From: a virus
Lineage: Duplodnaviria; Caudoviricetes
Virus record (IMG/VR): IMGVR_UViG_3300037419_001442
Span: 1 to 45,590 of that record
DNA length: 45,590 nucleotides
Strand: one strand, 5' to 3'
The notes beneath the pieces are model-generated. The model had not been told where the DNA came from. It searched no databases and was given only the letters and a program-made list of their open reading frames with translations. Every line of letters starts with the position of its first letter. Positions within the stretch are counted from its first letter, which is position 1. A program made the translations under genes and the position numbers. Positions 30,040 to 38,275 of the stretch are shown here, piece by piece.

Positions 30040-30237
30040 TTATTTTCCCCTTTCAAAATAACCAAGTTTTGTTAAAGCATTTACTATTTTTTTTAACTGT
30101 GATATTTGGAATCCTATTTCATTAGAATCATTTTCTTTTAAAGCTTTAAAAAGTAATTCTAAATGAATATTCATATAACCATATCTAGTTTCAATAGCTA
30201 AGTCTTTTTTAGTAACTGGACCCCTCATTTCTATCAC
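30040..30237 (-). CDS. Small hypothetical protein (possibly IDEAL-domain-like)
   Basis: 65 aa in operon. LFKALKEND.NEI helix. Confidence 0.6.
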   Translation of the reverse strand: MIEMRGPVTKKDLAIETRYGYMNIHLELLFKALKENDSNEIGFQISQLKKIVNALTKLGYFERGK

Positions 30238-30238
30238 C

Positions 30239-30472
30239 TCAATTTTTTAAGTAATAAGCTAATATATTATGTTCAAATTTAACACCAAAATAACCTATTA
30301 CTTTACCAAAATCTGATAAAATTTCATGTTCTAATTCTAATATACCAAATACAGTACCACCTTCATAATGTTCTTTAGCATATTCATAATAATAAAATCC
30401 ATTAGGTACTTTATGAATACGTATAATTTTGCTAGATATTAGTTGCTCAAGCAAGCTGTAGCTCATTTTCAT
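30239..30472 (-). CDS. Hypothetical protein
   Basis: 77 aa in operon, overlapping the end of the sigma gene. Confidence 0.6.
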   Translation of the reverse strand: MKMSYSLLEQLISSKIIRIHKVPNGFYYYEYAKEHYEGGTVFGILELEHEILSDFGKVIGYFGVKFEHNILAYYLKN

Positions 30473-31148
30473 TAGCGTTTACCTCATAATAATTTCTTAT
30501 TTTTTCTAGTGCCTTTTTATATATTCTTGACACATGTACTTGAGAGATTCCAAGCATTCTACCAATTTCAGATTGTGTAAACTCATTAGCCACATATCTT
30601 ACAACAGTTTTTTCTCTTTCATCTAAAGTTTCTAATGCTTTTGTTAACTCATCATTTTCTATAATAAGTTCATAAAAATTAGCATTAATATCTGGTATTG
30701 TATCTTCTAATTTTACTTCTCCAAATTTTGTAGAAACTGGCCTTGACATGCTTTCAACTTTTAAATCCATTAATTCCAATGTTGTTCTTGCTATTAATTT
30801 TGAAAAACCGTATTTATCCATAACTTCTTCTACTGTTGGAGTAGGAATACCAAATTCTAAATAATCTCTCATTATTTTTTTTGATGCTATTTTAGCATGT
30901 CTTGATACTTTAAAGTAACTATTTCTGTCTCTTATTTCTTTCATTACTTCACCTTGAATTGTTGGAACAGCATAAGTAGCAAATTTATTTCCTTTACTTT
31001 CATCAAATTTTAAGCAGGCTTTCCATAAACCAATAAGTGCTATTTGTTCTAAATCGTCTCTTTCAAGCATTCCTTCTTTTTGGTCAAATTTTTTAAGGGC
31101 ATAAAATGCTAATTTTTTATTTTTTTCAAATAACTCCATTTTATTCAA
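30447..31148 (-). CDS. Sigma factor, SigF/SigG-like
   Basis: DDLEQIALIGLWKA..KFD..KG.KFATYAVPTIQGE....IRD...KVSR; region 3 PTVEEV; region 4 TQSEIG.MLGISQVHVSRI. Confidence 0.9.
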   Translation of the reverse strand: MNKMELFEKNKKLAFYALKKFDQKEGMLERDDLEQIALIGLWKACLKFDESKGNKFATYAVPTIQGEVMKEIRDRNSYFKVSRHAKIASKKIMRDYLEFGIPTPTVEEVMDKYGFSKLIARTTLELMDLKVESMSRPVSTKFGEVKLEDTIPDINANFYELIIENDELTKALETLDEREKTVVRYVANEFTQSEIGRMLGISQVHVSRIYKKALEKIRNYYEVNANENELQLA

Positions 31149-31368
31149 TAATATTTCTCTCCTTTATCTAAAATATCTTTTAATTTAAATTAATTATATA
31201 ATTTTAGTCTCTCATTTTTAGACAAGGTTTCCACTTATATAAAATGAGGGTCTATCAAAATTTTCTATATATATAGAAGAAATTAAAAAAAAAATAATTC
31301 CCTTTTATTACACTTTGGAATATAATTAATTATGAAATGATATTATATGAAATAGGAGAGATGAAGTA

Positions 31369-31911
31369 ATGAATATTGACGAAGAAAAAATCTATATCTA
31401 CAAAATGTTAAGAGACATTACAAAAGAGAGAAGACAATTAGTTGAAATGTATTTTGACTTAAAGAAAAGGTTGGACTTCCTTAATTTGATGGAAGAGAGA
31501 GGAGTTGAAGAGCTAAATATAACTGGTTATGTAAATTTATATAATCAAACACAAAAAGAAATAGCAGTAACAAATATAAAAAGAGAAACTGAACATATAA
31601 TAGAAAAAATTGAAAATAATATAGAAGAAATTGAAACTCCTATTATTCCAAAAGAAGAAATACAGAGGGTAATAGAACATGAAAATAAAGGTAAAAGACT
31701 TAGTAAAGAAAAAGTACAAAGTACAGTTATATCTATTTTAAAAGATGCTGGTGCTCCTTTAAAATTATCAGAAATTATAAAGAGAACTAATTTTGTACTT
31801 AGCTCAAATTTGAAATCAGGTTATTTTAGCAATATTATTATTCCTGATTTACTAAAAAATTCTAATAAAGTAGAAAAACCAGCTACTGGTTTTTATCAAT
31901 ATAGATTATAA
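31369..31911 (+). CDS. Rok-like DNA-binding protein (coiled coil + winged helix)
   Basis: N-terminal ERRQL...Y..L..RLD helix and C-terminal ILK..G.PLK.SEI...VEKP..G.Y, the same layout as Bacillus Rok. Confidence 0.6.
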   Translation: MNIDEEKIYIYKMLRDITKERRQLVEMYFDLKKRLDFLNLMEERGVEELNITGYVNLYNQTQKEIAVTNIKRETEHIIEKIENNIEEIETPIIPKEEIQRVIEHENKGKRLSKEKVQSTVISILKDAGAPLKLSEIIKRTNFVLSSNLKSGYFSNIIIPDLLKNSNKVEKPATGFYQYRL

Positions 31912-31929
31912 TATAGAAGAAAGTCGACT

Positions 31930-31960
31930 TAAGAGTTCCTTATGGGACTCTTATTTTTTT
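31930..31960 (+). terminator. Intrinsic terminator
   Basis: AAGAGTTCC-TTAT-GGGACTCTT-ATTTTTTT. Confidence 0.85.
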
Positions 31961-32036
31961 ATTGTGAAACCTAAATAAATATTGTTTACATTATAATTTA
32001 TAATTAAATTAATAATATTTATTAGGGGGATAATAG

Positions 32037-32921
32037 ATGACAAAGACTTATAATAATGAAGAACTAATTAAATTAGCAAAAAATGGTGATAAAGATGCAG
32101 AAGAAAAATTATTATTAGAAAATGAAAGTCTTTGTCATTATATTGCAAAACGATTTGATAATACTGGTATTGATAAAGAAGATTTAGCATCGGTTGCTAA
32201 AATAGGATTACTTAAAGCATACAAGAGTTTTGACTTATCCAGAAATATTAAGTTTGCTACTTATGCTTCTAGAATAATGCAAAATGAAATATTAATGCTT
32301 TTGAGAAATAATAAAAAACATAAAAATAATATAAGCTTAGAAACTCCAATTGCACATGATAATGATGGTAATAACATAACTTTAGTTGAAATTATTCCCA
32401 TGGAAGAACCTCAGTTTAATTTTGAGGATTATGATATGTTAAATAAAGTACTCCAGGAGTTCTACAAAACTGAGAAGGAAATAGATATTCAAGTTTTAGA
32501 AAAGTGTACTATGAATGGAAGAACCCAAAGAGATGTTGCTGAAGAACTAGGTTTATCACAATCTTATGTATCTAGAATTGAAAGTAAAGTTAAGATTAAA
32601 TTTAAAAGTATAGCATTAAAACATTTAGGTATAAAAGAACCTGTTGTTAAATTAGTAGAAAAACATGGAAATACCAAATATAATAAGGAAGAATTTCTTT
32701 ATATTTTTGAAAATTATGCATTCTTAAAATCAACAGAAATAGCAGAAATTATTGGATGTAGTAAAAGAATAGTTACTAAAACTAGGACAGAATACAAAGA
32801 CGGCCTTTTATTTAATATTGAACCTAAAATTAATTTAGAGTTAAGTAAAAAGATTAACGATTATATTAGGGAGTCTAAAAATAAAAATTTTAAATCTGAA
32901 AAGAAAGTTGTAAATCAATAA
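32037..32921 (+). CDS. Sigma factor, SigE/SigK-like, with C-terminal HTH extension
   Basis: FDNTGIDKEDL.SV..IGL.KA...FD..RNIKFATYASR...NEILM.LR, D.DGN.ITL and TQRDVAEELGLSQSYVSRIE, plus about 100 extra C-terminal residues. Confidence 0.9.
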   Translation: MTKTYNNEELIKLAKNGDKDAEEKLLLENESLCHYIAKRFDNTGIDKEDLASVAKIGLLKAYKSFDLSRNIKFATYASRIMQNEILMLLRNNKKHKNNISLETPIAHDNDGNNITLVEIIPMEEPQFNFEDYDMLNKVLQEFYKTEKEIDIQVLEKCTMNGRTQRDVAEELGLSQSYVSRIESKVKIKFKSIALKHLGIKEPVVKLVEKHGNTKYNKEEFLYIFENYAFLKSTEIAEIIGCSKRIVTKTRTEYKDGLLFNIEPKINLELSKKINDYIRESKNKNFKSEKKVVNQ

Positions 32922-33095
32922 TAAATGTATATTTCTTATCCAAAAGTTAGTGTATATTTAAAATCGGTTTATCATATAATATTTATAGATACTAAATGAT
33001 ATAATTATACTTTATCTTTGGATAAAAAAAAGAAACTTAATTAACTTAAAATCAAGCAGGGTCTTTTTAGGATTAACGAAAAATGAGGTGTCAAT

Positions 33096-33266
33096 ATGGA
33101 AGGACAAATATTTGTTGATACAAAAGAAATTAGAGAATATATTATAGCCAAGCTTATAGAAAGAGGAATTGTTCCGCCTAATGAAGAAGATATAATAGAA
33201 CTTGCAGATATAGTATTTGATTATCTTTTGGATAAGGGAATAATGAAAGAAGAGCCTAATGAATAG
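33096..33266 (+). CDS. yozD: YozD-like protein (56 aa), not in the ORF track
   Basis: GAGGTG RBS. MEGQIFVDTKEIREYIIAKLIERGIVPPNEEDIIELADIVFDYLLDKGIMKEE follows the YozD pattern DT.EI......L..RG.VP..E....ADI.FDYL..K. Confidence 0.8.
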   Translation: MEGQIFVDTKEIREYIIAKLIERGIVPPNEEDIIELADIVFDYLLDKGIMKEEPNE

Positions 33267-33278
33267 GCTCTTTTTTTA
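33250..33278. terminator. Bidirectional terminator between convergent genes
   Basis: AAGAGCCTA-N-TAGGCTCTT-TTTTT. Confidence 0.8.
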
Positions 33279-33581
33279 TATCTTATTATCTACTGGAAAA
33301 TTAACTGGGTCACTTGTATATTTACCTGTCCCGTCTTTCATTGTTATTGTAGCTTGAAACCAATAATTACCAGCAGTGGATAAATCATCAGATGTTAATA
33401 ATACTTGACAAATTCCTCCAGCTTCATCAGTAACAGTTGCATTTTTAGTAAATTCTCTGCCATTTGTTTTAAAATCAACAATTATATCAGCATCTACTAA
33501 ATCAATAATATTCCCATTCGCTAAAGCTCTTAGATTAAAAGTAACTTTATCATCTCCTACTTTAATAACAGGGTCTTTCAT
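33276..33581 (-). CDS. BppU-N-like Ig-fold accessory protein
   Basis: IKVGD, IIDL.DA and G.C...L...DL..AG.Y..Q motifs. Start behind AGGAGGG. Confidence 0.65.
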   Translation of the reverse strand: MKDPVIKVGDDKVTFNLRALANGNIIDLVDADIIVDFKTNGREFTKNATVTDEAGGICQVLLTSDDLSTAGNYWFQATITMKDGTGKYTSDPVNFPVDNKI

Positions 33582-33591
33582 TTTATCCCTC

Positions 33592-36500
33592 CTAGAATTT
33601 AATATCAAAATCCTTATATTTAGCAAAATTTATATCAAATGATTGTTCCATAACAAAATTCAAAATAAAGTCATAAATCTCTTTATACTCATGAATTTCA
33701 AATTTTTCAATGTTATCATCAGATATAATTGAATCATATAAATTAAAATGAAGGGATTTTGATTTACTTATAGAATCTGAAATTCCTAAATACTCTAATT
33801 TTTTCCTAATAACGTATTTATAAAAATCATCATCAACAAAAATTTGTTCAGCCAATATTATCTCTTTTTTATTAAAAGTTTCATCCATTAATAGAATATC
33901 ATCGTTAAAATATTCCATTACTTCTTTTTCTATATTCTTATCCAATAAATCTATTGTATCATAAAGATGTTTATTGGAATATTCTTTTTTAAATGGTTCG
34001 CTTATAATAAGTTTTTCAGATAACTTAATTTTTCTCCTTACAATCTTAGAGAATGTATCATTTACTAAAATTGTATCATGTAATAATTTTGTTTTCTTAG
34101 CTTTAATGGAATCTGATTGAGAGATAATGTCATTTAATATTCTGGATAAGAAATACTTTTTAATTTTACTATCCATTATATAAATTCCATCTTTGGCACT
34201 TTTTTTGTAATAACCATCTCTAATTGGCTCATTTATACCTATTGTTTCAGATAGCCTTACATTTCTATGGTAAACTTTTGATAAAGTATCATTTAAAATA
34301 ATACTATCAATAAAAGATTTACTATATAATTTCTTTTCAGTATCTGATAAAATAATAGAGTTTACAATATCTTTAGATAGGCTTTTATTTATTAATTCAG
34401 AACTTTTTATAAACTCCCTACGTATTTTTTTAATATTTTTCTGTGTTGAATCTAATCCATAAATAGAATCATTTTTATGAATTTTTATCTTCTTGCCAGC
34501 TACTATTTCATTTGCTAAAATAGAATCATTTAGCATTGTATTTCTATTTTTAACTATTTTTTCTGCTGTTTTAACGTAATCATTTAAAAACTTTAAGAAA
34601 TATCTAGTTCCATTAGTTAGGAATGTAGAATCTATTGATACCTTATCGTTTAATTCTTTAGTAAGCATAATATTTTTGGAATCGCTCAAATTTAATGTTT
34701 CATTTAATACTTTATTTGCTAAAACACTTGATGAATCAGCTATATTAAATGTTTCCAATAATTTCTTTGATGTATTGTTTCTTGATACATCATTTATTGA
34801 AATTGAGTCAATTTTTTGTATGCTTGTATTTCTTTTTATAAAATCATTAGACAAAATCGAGTCAAATAATGTTTTACCTTTTATGGATTTATTTATTGAT
34901 TCTGTTAATGTAATATTTTCATTAACTACTTTATTGTTCTTTTTATTAGCTTTTTCTGTTAAAGAAATAGAATCCGTTAATACTTTATTTGGTATTTTAT
35001 TAGATACATCAAATGAATAAATAATTTCAGGTAATAATTTACGTCCTGCCAATTTACTCTTTGAATCTGATGTAGTAATTGAATCATTTAAAGATATAGC
35101 TTTTGTGTATGCTTTACTAGCTATATCAGATATAACAACAGATTCTGATACATATTTTTTTATACTAGATACACTTTGTGTAATGCCATATACATTATTA
35201 TCTACAAATGTTAATGCAGTATTATTATCTGAATTCTCATCATATAAAAACATAGTTTCTTGTAGATTTACTCTATAAGTTGTGTATTTCAAAATTGAAA
35301 TTGAGCTATTATCTACAAATGTTAATGCAGTACTATTATTTTGTGTTTCATTTATAATTATAGAATCGCTAAGATTAATTCTTACATTATTAGTCTTAAT
35401 GCTAGCAATATCGCTTGTAGATATAGAATCATTTAATTTTTTTGTTACTTGTATTGATTTATTATCAGTAGCAGATACTGAATCAGATAAATTTTTTGCA
35501 GGAGGTAGAGCTACCATAGTTCCATTATTATAGTTTTGAATAATTTCTGATTGAGTTAGAACTCTGTTATACATACGGACATTATCTATAATTGCTGTAG
35601 GTGGTGATGTTGTGCTACCTAATCTAAAAACTGTGTCATTAGATAATTTTCCGATAGATGTTGGTTTATACTGTCCTTTTTGTACGGCATTTACAAAAAC
35701 AGTAATATATCCAGTAACTGTATCTGCAGTTATCGTAATGTAATTATCTACATTATCTGTAAAACCAGAAGGAGTCTTGTATATCCAATCTGTATAGTGT
35801 GTATCAAATATACCTGTTAATGCAACACCATTTTGATATGCCCATAACAAAGGTTCATTATCTGAGCTTAAAAAATATCCTTGTGAAGCACTATCATTAC
35901 TATTATTATTTACCCTAAATTCTATTGTTGCTGATGTAACTGATTGTAAAGCAGTAGGAACCGGAATATCTACATAATTTGATGCAGTTCCATTAAAATA
36001 CATACCATTGCTACCACTAAAAGTCGTAACAGTAGTTCCATGAATTGTTCCATTGCTTCCTGTAGCATTAGGGGCAATATTTTGCCAAGTTGTTCCACTT
36101 ACACCTTGTTTAGAATTCCAATAACCCAATAAACCGTTAGTTACAATTGGCATATTAGATACAATTGCATCTGAACAAGAAATTGAGTCATTTAATTTTA
36201 TACTATAATTATTAGCTATATTATCAGATATAATTACAGAATCTGATAGCGATTTTGTATATGCTTCTGAAGGTAAGCCTATTGCATTGCCATTATTATA
36301 GTTTTGGGTAATTTCAGCTTGTGTTAATACACGATTATACATTCTAATATTATCAATAATAGCTGATTTCGCCATAGTATTGGAACCCCAGTTACCTAGC
36401 CTAAAGACATTATCATTGGAAATAGTCCCAATTGTTGTTGTATACGAACCTTTTTGTACTCCATTGACATAAATTGTAATTGTTCCGGTTGATGTATCAG

Positions 36501-38220
36501 CAGTTATAGTAATATAGTTATCAACATTATTTGTGAAAGGTGTTCCTGGTGGATTATATCTCCAATCTGTATAAGTAGTATCAAAGATACCAGTTAAAGG
36601 AATTCCATTATTGTAAACATATAATAACTTTTTTGTATCCGAACTAATAACAATATTACCAGATGTACTATCTGTATTTACCCTAAATTCCAATGTTGCA
36701 GAAGTAACAGATTGCAATGCCGTTGGAACTGGAATGTCTATATGATTAGTTGTGCCGCTTGCAAGATACATTCCTGTAGAATTATTGAGAGTAGAAATAG
36801 TTGCCCCAGAAATAACTCCATTGCTTTCACTATTATTAGGTGCTATATTTAACCATGTTGAACCATTTACTCCTTTTAATGAGTTCCAGTAACCTACTAA
36901 TCCATTAGTTACAATTTGTGTATTAGACACGATAGCATCTGAAGTTAAAATAGAATCATTTAAATTTTTACTATATCTTTTATTTATTATATCCGAGGAT
37001 GTAACTGAATCATTTAATTTTTTAGTATCATTTTTATTTATCACTTCAGAAATAGAAACAGAATCATTTAGTATTCTACTATCGCTTTTAGTTATTACAT
37101 CAGAAGTAGACATTGAATCTGATAATGATTTATTATCATTTTTCTTTATTATTTCAGAAGTGGATAGTGAATCAGATAATGATACAGTTTTAAATTTGCT
37201 ATAACTTATTACATTATCTGCTACAGATATGGAATCAGATAAATTTTTAATATTAACTTTTGAAGCAGTTACTGAATCAGAAGTTGTAATTGAATCTGAC
37301 AATGATTTTATATCACTCTTAGTTAGTAAATCAGAAGTTGCAACTGAATCAGATAGATTTTTATTATTAGCTTTTGCTATTGTTGCGTCTAAATATGAAA
37401 TTGAATCTGCTAAATTCTTACTATCACTTTTATTTATTGCATCTGTATACGTAATTGAATCCGATAAACTTTTAGCATCAGCTTTAGCTACACTTTCAGA
37501 TGTAGATATAGAATCTGACAATGATTTTGTATATTGTCCAGCTGGTAAACCTACTGCATTACCATTATTATAGTTATTTGTAACATCTGTACTACTTAAT
37601 GCAGTATTATACATTCTAACAAAATAAAATTTACCTTTAAATGGGTAAGCAGTATCACCTATAAATATATAAGGGTTTGCTGTATCTCTGACACCATAGT
37701 TTTTAGTATTGTCTAGAGCTTGTGTACCTAATGAAACACCATTTTTATACACTGTAACGTTTTTAGATGTATGATTATAAACAATAGTTATATGATAATC
37801 TGTATTATCAGCAATTGTTTGACCTGTCCAAGCATGGTCAGTAACAGCATTTTCAGCATATAAAAAGTTAATATCAAAGTAGCTACTTGTTCTTGAAGCA
37901 TAAAATAAATATGCATTACTTGGATAAGTATTACTATTTGTTCCAGCTCTTAATAAGTCTGGGTCATCTACTGTATTAGTAGAGTTATATTTTAATTCTA
38001 ATGTGAAAGAGGTTGGGTTTGTGTAAGCAGGCAAAGGAGATAAAACTTTTGCATAAGATGTTGTGCCGTTATAAATAATTGCACTGCCATCTGTTGTAGT
38101 ATTATTTAGTGATACATCATAAGAGCCTTGTGTACTAGGAGCAATATTAGACCACGTTCCTGAATTTACACCTTGCAAAGCATTCCAATATCCTACTAAT
38201 CCACTAGTAACGATAGCCAA
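33592..38220 (-). CDS. Giant adhesin/fibre: three LamG (concanavalin-like) domains separated by about 17-aa K.L.DS repeats
   Basis: Three IVT.GL.GYWN..GV.G.TW.NIAP...RMYN..L......NYNNG domains and dozens of K.L(S/N)DS(I/V)...D repeats. TTG start with GAGGAGGTG. Confidence 0.85.
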   Translation of the reverse strand: MAIVTSGLVGYWNALQGVNSGTWSNIAPSTQGSYDVSLNNTTTDGSAIIYNGTTSYAKVLSPLPAYTNPTSFTLELKYNSTNTVDDPDLLRAGTNSNTYPSNAYLFYASRTSSYFDINFLYAENAVTDHAWTGQTIADNTDYHITIVYNHTSKNVTVYKNGVSLGTQALDNTKNYGVRDTANPYIFIGDTAYPFKGKFYFVRMYNTALSSTDVTNNYNNGNAVGLPAGQYTKSLSDSISTSESVAKADAKSLSDSITYTDAINKSDSKNLADSISYLDATIAKANNKNLSDSVATSDLLTKSDIKSLSDSITTSDSVTASKVNIKNLSDSISVADNVISYSKFKTVSLSDSLSTSEIIKKNDNKSLSDSMSTSDVITKSDSRILNDSVSISEVINKNDTKKLNDSVTSSDIINKRYSKNLNDSILTSDAIVSNTQIVTNGLVGYWNSLKGVNGSTWLNIAPNNSESNGVISGATISTLNNSTGMYLASGTTNHIDIPVPTALQSVTSATLEFRVNTDSTSGNIVISSDTKKLLYVYNNGIPLTGIFDTTYTDWRYNPPGTPFTNNVDNYITITADTSTGTITIYVNGVQKGSYTTTIGTISNDNVFRLGNWGSNTMAKSAIIDNIRMYNRVLTQAEITQNYNNGNAIGLPSEAYTKSLSDSVIISDNIANNYSIKLNDSISCSDAIVSNMPIVTNGLLGYWNSKQGVSGTTWQNIAPNATGSNGTIHGTTVTTFSGSNGMYFNGTASNYVDIPVPTALQSVTSATIEFRVNNNSNDSASQGYFLSSDNEPLLWAYQNGVALTGIFDTHYTDWIYKTPSGFTDNVDNYITITADTVTGYITVFVNAVQKGQYKPTSIGKLSNDTVFRLGSTTSPPTAIIDNVRMYNRVLTQSEIIQNYNNGTMVALPPAKNLSDSVSATDNKSIQVTKKLNDSISTSDIASIKTNNVRINLSDSIIINETQNNSTALTFVDNSSISILKYTTYRVNLQETMFLYDENSDNNTALTFVDNNVYGITQSVSSIKKYVSESVVISDIASKAYTKAISLNDSITTSDSKSKLAGRKLLPEIIYSFDVSNKIPNKVLTDSISLTEKANKKNNKVVNENITLTESINKSIKGKTLFDSILSNDFIKRNTSIQKIDSISINDVSRNNTSKKLLETFNIADSSSVLANKVLNETLNLSDSKNIMLTKELNDKVSIDSTFLTNGTRYFLKFLNDYVKTAEKIVKNRNTMLNDSILANEIVAGKKIKIHKNDSIYGLDSTQKNIKKIRREFIKSSELINKSLSKDIVNSIILSDTEKKLYSKSFIDSIILNDTLSKVYHRNVRLSETIGINEPIRDGYYKKSAKDGIYIMDSKIKKYFLSRILNDIISQSDSIKAKKTKLLHDTILVNDTFSKIVRRKIKLSEKLIISEPFKKEYSNKHLYDTIDLLDKNIEKEVMEYFNDDILLMDETFNKKEIILAEQIFVDDDFYKYVIRKKLEYLGISDSISKSKSLHFNLYDSIISDDNIEKFEIHEYKEIYDFILNFVMEQSFDINFAKYKDFDIKF

Positions 38221-38241
38221 TTATATCTCACCTCCTCTTAA

Positions 38242-38267
38242 TAAAAGGGTAGCAATGCTACCCTTTA
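38242..38267 (-). terminator. Hairpin terminator/attenuator before the 1542-aa gene
   Basis: TAAAAGGGTAGCA-TGCTACCCTTTTA palindrome. Confidence 0.7.
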
Positions 38268-38275
38268 TTTTATTA

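Noticed and set aside
1990-31975. GAAACCT motif (about 2014, 31221 reverse, 31966) as an ECF sigma -35
   Set aside because: There is no matching CGT-type -10 at the right spacing, and too few copies to separate from chance.
35197-35332. Direct repeat TTATCTACAAATGTTAATGCAGTA (two copies) as a recombination site
   Set aside because: Both copies encode the same peptide (TALTFVDN) in the 1542-aa gene, so this is an intragenic duplication.
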